Assembly: GCA_038870975.1 (NCBI GenBank)
Contig: JAVZJD010000001.1
Location: 448,001 to 512,000 of the forward strand
Length of the DNA stretch: 64,000 nucleotides
Origin: Candidatus Bathyarchaeia archaeon
GTDB lineage: Archaea; Thermoproteota; CALKCG01; B24
Direction: 5' to 3'
Numbering within the stretch: the first letter of the stretch is position 1; each line of letters starts with the position of its first letter. The translations under genes and the position numbers were made by a program. Below are positions 30,132 through 39,239 of the stretch, piece after piece. The notes under the pieces were generated by a model that ran no database searches, was not told where the DNA came from, and was given only the letters and a program-made list of their open reading frames with translations.

Positions 30132-31469
30132 TTATCCTCCAACTGTTTTGTATAATTTGCTAATCATTTTCAAAGCCGTTTCAACCATTATATCACCCGC
30201 ATCAGGAGCTAAGATATTTGGCCCTATGGTTGTTTCATAGCTTCCAGAAGTCGTTAAATTGCCTTCTTCTCTAAACGCTTTAATAGTTGGTATGTATCCT
30301 ACGTTATCATTGGCGAGTTCACATATAAATGTATATTTGAAAGGTGACTCTTTCTTTATCTTCAAACCGTGTTCTACGAATATCTCACCTGGAAGCCCAA
30401 CTATAACTGCTAGATCTCCTATCGCCAATGCTTGAACCCATGTTTTAACATGTTTAGGAGCGTTTAAAAATTCCTCTAACTTAGGGTAGAAAAAGTACTT
30501 TAGAGCGTAGTGTCTCATATTGACGGCTTTAACTTCTCCCTTTACTAGTTTCGACGCGAACTCTATTTCCTCATCTGTGGGGAATCGTCTTGAGATTGTG
30601 ACTTCCTCAATGGATGCTGCCAGCTTTAAATCATTTTCAAAACGCATTTGATTCCAAGCCCATATCACCCTGCTGGCTAAAAGTGATGCTATACGCTCAG
30701 CATGCCCGAAAAACTTATTTACCTCTTTATGAGGCTTCATAGCGTCGAACATTATAACGTCCCCACATGCACCGTTGGCGAGCATAGCTACAAACTCTTC
30801 ACCTCTAATACGCTGGATGAGGCTTGAGAATACGCCGAAATAGTCTGCTGAAATCGTATACATGTCCTCCCTTTTCTCGGTAGGGCTTAAACCAGCATAG
30901 TGCATAGCATAATTCGTCAACAATCCTATGGTATTACCATTTGGTTTTCTAACGCATAAAACATTAACTTCAGGATCTATCGGTCCGGCTGGTTTAACTA
31001 TATTCGGGTTTAAAATGCCTGGGTTTGTCCATACAGTCCCGTCTTTCATGTAGAAGCGCCTATTCCCCAGTGGTTTAGCCTCTTCCTCTCTCTCAACACC
31101 TAGCTCAGCATCTGTAAGCCTATTTACTGCTAGCTGTATGGCATCAGCAATCCTACGGATTAGATAACTTCCATAACCCATATCCTCTACATCAGGACCC
31201 GTATGAGTATGCGTGCAACAGATTAAAACGTTTGAAGGAGGTATATCAGTACACTCGCAGACCATACGCTTCGCCTCATCCAGATATTTACGTTCGACAC
31301 CAATCAAATCGCAGACTACAACAGCAAGCCTAGTTTCACCATCGTCTAAAACGAGAGCTTTCGCGAATAATGGATCGTGAATGTCTCTTGCAATCCTCTC
31401 TTCGAAATAGCCGGACATCTTAATACCCAAAGGAGGAGCAACGTCTACAACGGCAGCTCCAGCCTTCAA
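30132..31469 (-). CDS. Neutral/alkaline ceramidase-like amidohydrolase
   Basis: HDPLFAKALV, CTHTHTGP, NYAMH, ISADYFG, NGACGD, LPGEIFVE, GYIPT, YET. Confidence 0.85.
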   Translation of the reverse strand: MKAGAAVVDVAPPLGIKMSGYFEERIARDIHDPLFAKALVLDDGETRLAVVVCDLIGVERKYLDEAKRMVCECTDIPPSNVLICCTHTHTGPDVEDMGYGSYLIRRIADAIQLAVNRLTDAELGVEREEEAKPLGNRRFYMKDGTVWTNPGILNPNIVKPAGPIDPEVNVLCVRKPNGNTIGLLTNYAMHYAGLSPTEKREDMYTISADYFGVFSSLIQRIRGEEFVAMLANGACGDVIMFDAMKPHKEVNKFFGHAERIASLLASRVIWAWNQMRFENDLKLAASIEEVTISRRFPTDEEIEFASKLVKGEVKAVNMRHYALKYFFYPKLEEFLNAPKHVKTWVQALAIGDLAVIVGLPGEIFVEHGLKIKKESPFKYTFICELANDNVGYIPTIKAFREEGNLTTSGSYETTIGPNILAPDAGDIMVETALKMISKLYKTVGG

Positions 31470-31471
31470 AA

Positions 31472-34276
31472 TTAACCACCAACTTTTTCTATCAATGATA
31501 TCTTAACTTTAGCTTTTTGAGAAGAATCTGATGAAAGTTTACAATTGAAGCTTATCCGATTAATTCCTTTCCGTATAATTGGTATTTCACCTTCTACTTC
31601 TACGTCCTTCAAAACGAAACCATTAGCAGAATACAGTTTACAAGTATTCATTTCAGGTTTGAATATTAAGTATTGATCTGGTTGTAGTTCTACATTGAAA
31701 GTCGTAGTTTTTCCGTTTATTGTTACGCTTGGATTTCTTAAAGGTAGCAATTTTTCCTTTAGCGCCTTTATATCGCTTATGTACAGTGTGACGGTATCTT
31801 TGGGTGGTAGTTTCATCAATCTTATATTTATTGCTCCAACTTTTGAATAGTCAAATATATGTGCTGCTAGACTATAGTAATCTTCTGTGTATTTGAAGAA
31901 ATCGAAGATACGCTCTCCTTCGGGTTCAGGTATCTCAAGATACCTCCATCCTTTGAAATTTATAACAATATAATGGTCGCATACAGGGTCTATTGAAAAA
32001 CCTATGTTTTTCAGCTGTATGTTTAATATTTCACCTTTTCCATCACCATATACCCATAGACCAATTCCTCTATTGTTGGATAGATTCAAATTAACATTTC
32101 TGATAAACTGACACCATCCAGTATCATCTTTTAAAGAACTTTCAACTACAATTTTACCGCTAATCGTTCCAACTTTAATTTTTTCCGTAGATTTCTCTAT
32201 TCGGTACGTTACACCTGTGGCTGAAGAAGACGTAAATTGGTCTAACTCATTAACATTTACTAGCAGAATGTTTTCGCTTTCATCGTATTCTGCCAATGAA
32301 GATAACGCCTGTATCCTTAACTCAAATGAAGGCTCTTCAAAGTCACTATAAATAGTCCACTCGTTATCGACCCCATTGATACCTTTTATGTAATGTTCAA
32401 AATGTTTCACACGACGTAAAACCCATCTATTCTTAGATGGTTTAATTAATCTGAATTCTGCTCCAAGTTCACGTAATCTTCTTTTCTCCTCTTCTGATAA
32501 AATATTTCTAAGCCTTAATTCTTCATAGTTTTTAACTATTGATAATATTTCAGGTGTCCAACCATTCTCCCTTAAGTCATGAACTGTAGTCTCTATTGAA
32601 AGTGGTGAATCATAGCCCAAACATTTGTTACAAACGTATTCGACTTCATCTGGTTGAGTAGCTGGATAGTATGGGGTTTTAGTATACACGCCAAACCATC
32701 CGAATTCAGCAGGCATTAGATTTGCTTGAACTTTTATAACGCCTGGAATTTTGACCTTATCTACATGACCTTTCACACCTCTGTATGCTCGATCTGTTTG
32801 GGCATCCCTTGAGTATATATGCCAGTTAAAGTGATCTAACTGCTCGTCAGTAGGTTTCAACATTGTACCCTGCCCTCGATAAATGCTGACCGTGTAGCTA
32901 GCTCCCTGTATTAAAACTTCTCTTCGGAATTTATTGAAGAAGGCTAGTTGAACTTTTGGTATGTAATACCACCATGCTCCTTGGGCAGATGCTGCTTCCG
33001 CTCCATCGAAATATATCATATCGAAACCGCATTCATTTACTATATTTGCTATACGTTGTGCAATCTCATCTAGGAGAGTACTTTCAGCATCAGCGATGTA
33101 AAATCCAAACATTTCAGCTAAGTGATATACTGTGGCTCCTTTTTTGTGCTCTGCTGGTTTTGTGCCCCTAGCACCTCTAATACAACCTGTAAATCCGTAG
33201 GGAGGTTGAAGTGAAACCCCACTATAGATAATTATTTCATTGTCTATTTGAATTTCATTACCGCCGCCTGCATAATAGAGCTGAGGTTTTATTGGGACAT
33301 CCTTGGGAGGCCCGCTCGTTGGAATAAATGAACTATTTTCATCTATTGTATCAGCTAATGTGAACCTTGCATTTTTCAATAACCGTTTATCAGGAACTGG
33401 TGTTACATATGGATCATTTTTACTGATGCACGTTGTTAAAAAGTGAAGACCAACTTTTAACCCCGCATCGTGCATTTTCTTAACAACTTTCTTTAAGCTT
33501 TCCAAACCATTTGGATAGTTTCTTAGGTTAATTGGATAGCTTCCGCAACTTGTTGACCACGAAGAATCATACATCATAACATAGCTGAAGCCACCTTTCT
33601 TAGCATACTCTATAACTTCATCTACATTCTGCTCGGTAACGTCAATGAATAAGTAAGATTTTTTGACTTCAGGAGATGCTTTATCCCATACTCCAGCCAG
33701 TGTTGGACTCGGCAACCCTTCTCTCAACTGGATTCTTCTAATGGTCTCTTTTATCTTATTGAATGGTACTCCTACAATAGCGATTTTACTTTTAAGAAGT
33801 CCATATCTTGGATAACATTTAGCCACTAATATAGCTTTTTCATCAGATGCCCCATAAGAACGCACTTGTAAATTTAAAGCTAATATGCATGCAGCGAAAA
33901 TATCATTATATCCTATATTTAATAATCTTCCGATGTTTTCCTTAATTGTTAGAGGTATTTTACATAGTGTAAATTCTTCCACATTTTGATCATTTATTGA
34001 ATGCGGTTCGAAAACAATATAATCTTCTTCTATTCTAATTTTTAAACAACATTCAATTTTTATCTCATCAAAAATTATTTTTAATTCATCATTATTCAGT
34101 TCAATCGATGAAGGCCAATAGCCTCTACCGTTTTTTACTAGTTCTGTAAAGGGATTTTGAAGAGTGAAATCCAAATAATTTTGGCCAGATGTCTTATCTA
34201 AGAATAGTTTAGAAAAACCCTTCTTATCTATCACCCACTTTAAATATTTATTTTCTAAAACGATTTCTGAAACCAT
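31472..34276 (-). CDS. Large putative glycoside hydrolase (TIM-barrel) with CBM-like C-terminal domain
   Basis: GLESLKKVVKKMHDAGLKVGLH and FDMIYFDGAE resemble clan GH-D barrels; GIGLWVYGDGKGE..INFKGWRY is CBM11-like. Confidence 0.55.
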   Translation of the reverse strand: MVSEIVLENKYLKWVIDKKGFSKLFLDKTSGQNYLDFTLQNPFTELVKNGRGYWPSSIELNNDELKIIFDEIKIECCLKIRIEEDYIVFEPHSINDQNVEEFTLCKIPLTIKENIGRLLNIGYNDIFAACILALNLQVRSYGASDEKAILVAKCYPRYGLLKSKIAIVGVPFNKIKETIRRIQLREGLPSPTLAGVWDKASPEVKKSYLFIDVTEQNVDEVIEYAKKGGFSYVMMYDSSWSTSCGSYPINLRNYPNGLESLKKVVKKMHDAGLKVGLHFLTTCISKNDPYVTPVPDKRLLKNARFTLADTIDENSSFIPTSGPPKDVPIKPQLYYAGGGNEIQIDNEIIIYSGVSLQPPYGFTGCIRGARGTKPAEHKKGATVYHLAEMFGFYIADAESTLLDEIAQRIANIVNECGFDMIYFDGAEAASAQGAWWYYIPKVQLAFFNKFRREVLIQGASYTVSIYRGQGTMLKPTDEQLDHFNWHIYSRDAQTDRAYRGVKGHVDKVKIPGVIKVQANLMPAEFGWFGVYTKTPYYPATQPDEVEYVCNKCLGYDSPLSIETTVHDLRENGWTPEILSIVKNYEELRLRNILSEEEKRRLRELGAEFRLIKPSKNRWVLRRVKHFEHYIKGINGVDNEWTIYSDFEEPSFELRIQALSSLAEYDESENILLVNVNELDQFTSSSATGVTYRIEKSTEKIKVGTISGKIVVESSLKDDTGWCQFIRNVNLNLSNNRGIGLWVYGDGKGEILNIQLKNIGFSIDPVCDHYIVINFKGWRYLEIPEPEGERIFDFFKYTEDYYSLAAHIFDYSKVGAINIRLMKLPPKDTVTLYISDIKALKEKLLPLRNPSVTINGKTTTFNVELQPDQYLIFKPEMNTCKLYSANGFVLKDVEVEGEIPIIRKGINRISFNCKLSSDSSQKAKVKISLIEKVGG

Positions 34277-34376
34277 TTTATCACACCATCATTTGAATGA
34301 ATAGTATTTATCAACTTTACTTTGAAACTCTTCATTTAATTTTTAAACTTCTCTGATAAATCTATAAAATTGAATT

Positions 34377-34998
34377 TCACTTTTCAGCCAACTCTCTCGC
34401 TTCCATAAATACTACTCCCATAGATTTTAAGTAATCAATCAGTTTTTCAAGCTGTGCTAATACGTAGTCTCCACAGTTTTTAATTGTATATTCGTCAGGT
34501 AGGACACTACCTTTAGGACTAACTCTAATCGGTCCCTTGGGTATTTCAACAAACTCCCATGGATGGAAGTAAAAGCATAAAACGACTGGAAGCCCTTTAT
34601 TTTTCACATAGTTTATGTGATTTCTGATGTGGATCATTAGTTTTTCCGCACTCTCAGTCCTAAATTTAGGCCACTGATCCCTATCTCTACCATACTGGTC
34701 TTTACTTTCAACGGTCATATCCGCAAAGTTGGGTATCTCCAATATTTTCATATTACCTTCCTTAGTCCAATCATCTTTGCTAGGATGATATGGTATGAGT
34801 TGCTCTCCGTAGAAGTAGAGTGGATATGACGCGTCAGCTTTATATCCCAAATTCTCAAGACTACGAATCAATATCGTACTCCCCCAGAGTCTCGGAGCTT
34901 TAAATGAAAGAACCTTATCCCTGAGAGCTTCTTCAGTCTAAATGGTACTTCTTCTGGAAAAAGCGGCTTTACCCCTGGTATTGGAAAAAGTTCATCAC
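34377..34998 (-). pseudogene. Polysaccharide deacetylase (NodB/CE4-like) fragment, 5'-truncated and frameshifted
   Basis: Upstream pieces DELFPIPGVKPLFPEEVPFRL / EEALRDKVLSFKAPRLWGST in different frames; DASYP, LEIP, FYFHPWEF. Confidence 0.7.
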
Positions 34999-35109
34999 TT
35001 AAAATTAATAGGATAAGGTTCTTAAGAAGAAGCTTATAACTTAGCAAAGCTGGTTTTAATTCATCTACAAATTAGATGATGGATGGTTATTTGGAAAGCG
35101 TAAGTAAGT

Positions 35110-35586
35110 CTAAATGTTTAGAATCCTATTTAGGAATTTACACATGTTTCTGAAATGAGACCCGAGCCAGTACACCTTCTTGCAATTGTCGCATATCCAA
35201 AACTTCGATTGTCTACGTAGTACGCCATCTGGTATTAAGCCAGCAACCTCTTCTTTTGAGGCTTCTCTTATGGTGCTGTTGCAAACTGGACACCTGCTTT
35301 TAGAGGGATCTATGACTGGATTTAAACCAAACTTTTTAACTAGGAAGCCTACTCTCTCGGCTTCACTCTTACCAGCTACTTCTAAGGCTTTCAGCCCTCT
35401 GCTTAAAGCCTTAGAGACGAGTCCTTTATCCCTTGTAAGTATTACAGCGTTAAACTCTAAAGCCGCTCTGAGTAGGTCTTCGTCCGTCCAAGACGGGTTG
35501 TAGAGAACATTGCAACCTAGTATTCTCAGCCATCTAGCGGTCCGACCGAGCATTAAATCCACTACGAAGACTTCGTTCAAACCCAA
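35110..35586 (-). CDS. Mut7-C RNase (PIN-like, DUF82) with Zn ribbon
   Basis: VDLMLGRTARWLRILG, LTRD, SRCPVCN, CDNCKKVYWLGSH. Confidence 0.92.
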   Translation of the reverse strand: MGLNEVFVVDLMLGRTARWLRILGCNVLYNPSWTDEDLLRAALEFNAVILTRDKGLVSKALSRGLKALEVAGKSEAERVGFLVKKFGLNPVIDPSKSRCPVCNSTIREASKEEVAGLIPDGVLRRQSKFWICDNCKKVYWLGSHFRNMCKFLNRILNI

Positions 35587-36962
35587 ACACCTGGTTTAAT
35601 GACTCTACCAACTCCCGGCTTACTTAAAATCTCACCGTTTAAAAAAACCGGCTCACCGTTTACTAGAACGCCTTTAACAATACCTCTCCCCTTCCACCCT
35701 TTAAATGGACTGTGCTTAGCCTTAGATTTAAACTCCGACGGGTCTATTCTAAACTCTCCGTTTAAATCTACCACTGTTAAATCGGCCCAGTAGCCGATTT
35801 CAATAGACCCCCTACCCGCTATTCTGAATATTTTAGCAGGGTTTTGAGAGGTAAGCTCGACCAGCTTGGAGAGACTTAACCATCCTCTGTTGACACAATC
35901 AAGCATAAGCGGTAGAAGCGTTTCCAAACCTGGGAAACCGGTTTTGATGCTCCAAATGTTCCCTATGGATTTTTCTTCTAGAGTATGTGGAGCATGGTCT
36001 GAAGCTATGCAATCCACCATGGTTTTTCTAACCCCAACCCACAGTCCTTCAACGCAGCCTTCAGACCTAAGAGGCGGGTCAACGAGGCCGTATATTCCAA
36101 GGGTTTCATAGTTTTTCTTTGAAAGTAGCAAATGATGAGGTGTGACTTCGCATGTAACTGATAGCCCTTCGGCTTTAGCTTCAGCTATACGCTTGAGCGA
36201 CACTGGGGAGGTTATGTGGCAAAAGTGTAATTTCACGGGTTTTATTTTCCTAAGCATAGCGGTTAACTCGTCTACGGATTCGTTTTCAGACTCTTCAGAG
36301 AGAGCGGCTTCAAAAGCCTCTAAACCTCCGTTGGGATTAGCGTGCTTCACAGCTTCATACGTTTCCCTTCTCTCGGCATGAACAAGCACTGGTAAACCTG
36401 TTCTACCGATTGCTTCAAACGGCTTCCTTAAATCTTCCAAACTGTTGAATTTATACCCAGGCATAACTCTATGCATGAATACTTTAAACCCGAAGACCCC
36501 TTCAGCCACAAGCCTAGAGATTTCAGTCAGTTTTTCAGGTATAAAACTGTAGAACCCCACGTTCACGTAAATTTTAGGCTTAGCTGTTTCAATTTTAGAC
36601 CTTAATGTTTCAGCGTTTTCAGTAGCTGGGTCTGTATTAGGCATGTCTAAAACCGTTGAAATCCCTCCGAATGCTGCAGCCAAGGTCCCAGTATCATAAT
36701 CCTCCTTATACGAAAGATTGAGTCCTCTGAGGTGTACATGTACATCTATAAGCCCAGGTATAACGAGTAAACCGTTAAGGTCTATCGTCTCGTCAACAGG
36801 CTTATTTATCTTCAACTTGGTTAAACGGGAGATTTTACCGTCTTCAACTAAGATTTCAACACCACTAATTACTAACCCCCTGTAGAAGATTTTACAGTTT
36901 CGCAGTCTAAGAGTTTTCAACAACCATAGTTTAATAGAAACTCCTATAAGAGTTTCACGCAT
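35577..36962 (-). CDS. pyrC: Dihydroorotase (cyclic amidohydrolase)
   Basis: PGLIDVHVHLR, DMPNT, HAE, HFCHI, CEVTPHHL, PPLR, ASDHAPH, SPFKG; true start probably a few codons downstream. Confidence 0.88.
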   Translation of the reverse strand: MRETLIGVSIKLWLLKTLRLRNCKIFYRGLVISGVEILVEDGKISRLTKLKINKPVDETIDLNGLLVIPGLIDVHVHLRGLNLSYKEDYDTGTLAAAFGGISTVLDMPNTDPATENAETLRSKIETAKPKIYVNVGFYSFIPEKLTEISRLVAEGVFGFKVFMHRVMPGYKFNSLEDLRKPFEAIGRTGLPVLVHAERRETYEAVKHANPNGGLEAFEAALSEESENESVDELTAMLRKIKPVKLHFCHITSPVSLKRIAEAKAEGLSVTCEVTPHHLLLSKKNYETLGIYGLVDPPLRSEGCVEGLWVGVRKTMVDCIASDHAPHTLEEKSIGNIWSIKTGFPGLETLLPLMLDCVNRGWLSLSKLVELTSQNPAKIFRIAGRGSIEIGYWADLTVVDLNGEFRIDPSEFKSKAKHSPFKGWKGRGIVKGVLVNGEPVFLNGEILSKPGVGRVIKPGVWV

Positions 36963-36971
36963 AAAATACTA

Positions 36972-37604
36972 GTGCTGGTCAAAATGACCACTAATTTAAC
37001 AGATGACGAGGGGGCATTTCTAGTTAGAATTGCAAGGAGAAGTATTGAAGAATATCTTACAAAGCGCGTTAAAATAAAGCCACCCATCGAAACGCCAGAA
37101 AGCTTGAAAGTTAAACGTGGGGTATTCGTAACGCTGAATAGCTTCATCGAAGGAGCTAAAGAGCTTAGAGGATGTATAGGTTTTCCGTATCCAACTCATC
37201 CTCTAGTTGAAGCAACTATTGAAAGTGCTATAGAAGCGGCTGTAGGAGACCCGAGGTTTCCACCTGTAACTTTAAAAGAAATGGATAATATAGTTGTTGA
37301 AGTCAGCGTTCTAACGAAACCTGAGCTCATAGTCGTCAGCAATCCTAAAGAACTGCCTAAAGCTATTAAAATAGGCATAGATGGTTTGATCGTCGAAAGA
37401 GGCTTTTATAAAGGACTTTTACTACCACAAGTTCCTGTTGAATGGAATTGGGATGAGGAGGAGTTTCTAAGCAATGCCTGTATAAAGGCTGGTCTAACCC
37501 CAGACAGTTGGCTTCTAAAAGATACAAGAGTATATAGATTTCAAGCTGAAATCTTTGAAGAAGAAGAGCCTAGAGGCAGAATTAAGCGTAGGATTTTAAG
37601 GTAG
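36972..37604 (+). CDS. AMMECR1 / TIGR00296 family protein
   Basis: GVFVTL, LRGCIG, DPRFPPV, EVSVLT, GLLLPQV, CIKAGL. Confidence 0.93.
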   Translation: MLVKMTTNLTDDEGAFLVRIARRSIEEYLTKRVKIKPPIETPESLKVKRGVFVTLNSFIEGAKELRGCIGFPYPTHPLVEATIESAIEAAVGDPRFPPVTLKEMDNIVVEVSVLTKPELIVVSNPKELPKAIKIGIDGLIVERGFYKGLLLPQVPVEWNWDEEEFLSNACIKAGLTPDSWLLKDTRVYRFQAEIFEEEEPRGRIKRRILR

Positions 37605-37609
37605 TAATT

Positions 37610-38776
37610 ATGAGCGTTTACTTCGGAGTGTGCGGAATAGGCTTAGGTCATGCTGGAAGATGTATACCTATAGCTGAGAAACTCAAAGAGAAAGGTATAG
37701 ACGTGGTTTTTTCATCTTATGGTAATGGCTTAAACTACATCAAGGAGAAACAGTTCAATTGTAAGAAGGCACCATCAATAGGATTCGCCGTCAAGACTGA
37801 TGGAGGGGTGGATTTTAGACAGAGTACTGTAAATCCTGGACCCTTTATAGCATCGATTAAAGTCCTTAGACAGATAGCTTTTGAATTGATGGCCATTGGA
37901 AACTTCCAGCCTAAAGTAGTTATTTCCGACAGTAGAGTTTCAACGATAGTTGCTTCGAAGGTTTTGAAAATTCCATGTATAACAATTCTCAATCAGTTTA
38001 AGATAATAATACCTAGGAGGCGGCGCTTTTTAAGACTATGCAGGCTTATGGATGCGGCAGCGCTTGCTTTAATCGGTAGAATCTGGACTATAAGCGACTA
38101 CGTTCTCATACCTGATTATCCAATGCCTTACACAGTTTCACTTGGAAACCTTGAAATACCACCTGTATACTCTAAGAAGGTCTTCCTAGTGGGTCCCATA
38201 GTCCCAGTGAAACCCGAAGAACTACCTTCTCAAAGAGAGCTTAAAGAGAAGCTGGGTCACGACCCGGATAAACCTCTAGTATTTGCACCCATAAGCGGCT
38301 CTCTAAAAGAGCGTAGATACCTAATTGAACTTTTAACCTCCATATTTATGGAACTCGATGAATACAATATCGTTATGTCTAAAGCAAACCCAACTGGTAC
38401 ACAAGCTCCGTTTAAACTCGGCTCTCTAACGGTATATGAGTGGTTAAACAATAGATTTGAATATCTTAAAGCCTGCGACGTAGTCGTTTCAAGAGCTGGA
38501 CATGGAACGATTACACAGAGCATGTTTTACGGTAAACCGATGATATTAATACCAACTCCAAACCACACCGAGCAAATAGGCAATGCCTCGAGAATTGAAG
38601 AAATGGGCTTAGGATTAACTCTAGAGCAGGAGAAGCTTACCAAGGATTCGCTTCAAAATGCAATTGAGAGAATTATAAACGGTGGATTTATGGAGAGGAG
38701 CTTGGAGGCTTCCAGAGAATTGAAGCAATACGACGGATGCAGGAAAATAGTATCTATCATAGAGGATTTCCTTTAA
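37610..38776 (+). CDS. GT-B glycosyltransferase (MurG/MJ1255-like, GT28 C-terminal domain)
   Basis: CGIGLGHAGR, VISD, VGPI, SRAGHGT, IP..H.EQ..NA. Confidence 0.88.
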   Translation: MSVYFGVCGIGLGHAGRCIPIAEKLKEKGIDVVFSSYGNGLNYIKEKQFNCKKAPSIGFAVKTDGGVDFRQSTVNPGPFIASIKVLRQIAFELMAIGNFQPKVVISDSRVSTIVASKVLKIPCITILNQFKIIIPRRRRFLRLCRLMDAAALALIGRIWTISDYVLIPDYPMPYTVSLGNLEIPPVYSKKVFLVGPIVPVKPEELPSQRELKEKLGHDPDKPLVFAPISGSLKERRYLIELLTSIFMELDEYNIVMSKANPTGTQAPFKLGSLTVYEWLNNRFEYLKACDVVVSRAGHGTITQSMFYGKPMILIPTPNHTEQIGNASRIEEMGLGLTLEQEKLTKDSLQNAIERIINGGFMERSLEASRELKQYDGCRKIVSIIEDFL

Positions 38777-38900
38777 CTGTTCTATTTTTACAACTTTATG
38801 TCTAAAACTAAACTGTTTAAGTTGTCGAATTTAAACGCTAATCTCCATCGAACAGATTTTTTGGACAATTGAAAAATCCATGAAAACATGAATTTAATAT

Positions 38901-38918
38901 GGAAAACCTTATATATAT
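38901..38918 (+). promoter_or_regulatory. BRE/TATA promoter upstream of the Cren7-like gene
   Basis: GGAAAACC followed by TTATATATAT, about 40 nt before the ATG at 38953. Confidence 0.6.
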
Positions 38919-38952
38919 CATGGATATCCATTTAGTCATGGAGTGATGGAAA

Positions 38953-39108
38953 ATGGCCAAGTGTCCAAAGTGCGGTACTGATGTAGCTAAGCCAGTAAAA
39001 GAGTGGGATATTCAGCCTAAGCAGAAGAAGGGTCCAAAAGTCCACATAACTCTATACGAGTGCCCTAACTGTAAGACTAGATTTAGAGAAGCAAAAAGAC
39101 TTGCATAA
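38953..39108 (+). CDS. Small basic Cren7-like / Zn-ribbon chromatin protein (51 aa; missing from the ORF track)
   Basis: MAKCPKCGTDVAKPVKEWDIQPKQKKGPKVHITLYECPNCKTRFREAKRLA; P.K.W...PK..KG..I.L..P....FR pattern matches Cren7; own promoter and T-tract. Confidence 0.75.
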   Translation: MAKCPKCGTDVAKPVKEWDIQPKQKKGPKVHITLYECPNCKTRFREAKRLA

Positions 39109-39132
39109 ACGCCATAAACACAAGTTGAATAA

Positions 39133-39150
39133 TCCCTCCTTTTTTTCCTT
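39133..39150 (+). terminator. Oligo-T terminator
   Basis: CCCTCCTTTTTTTCCTT about 25 nt after the stop at 39108. Confidence 0.55.
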
Positions 39151-39239
39151 CAATCCTCAGAGTTTAAGCATGTAAATTTTAGAGGACTTTCAATTGAGCA
39201 ACTTTTACAACTGTATGCTAAAAAAATAAAATAGATGGT

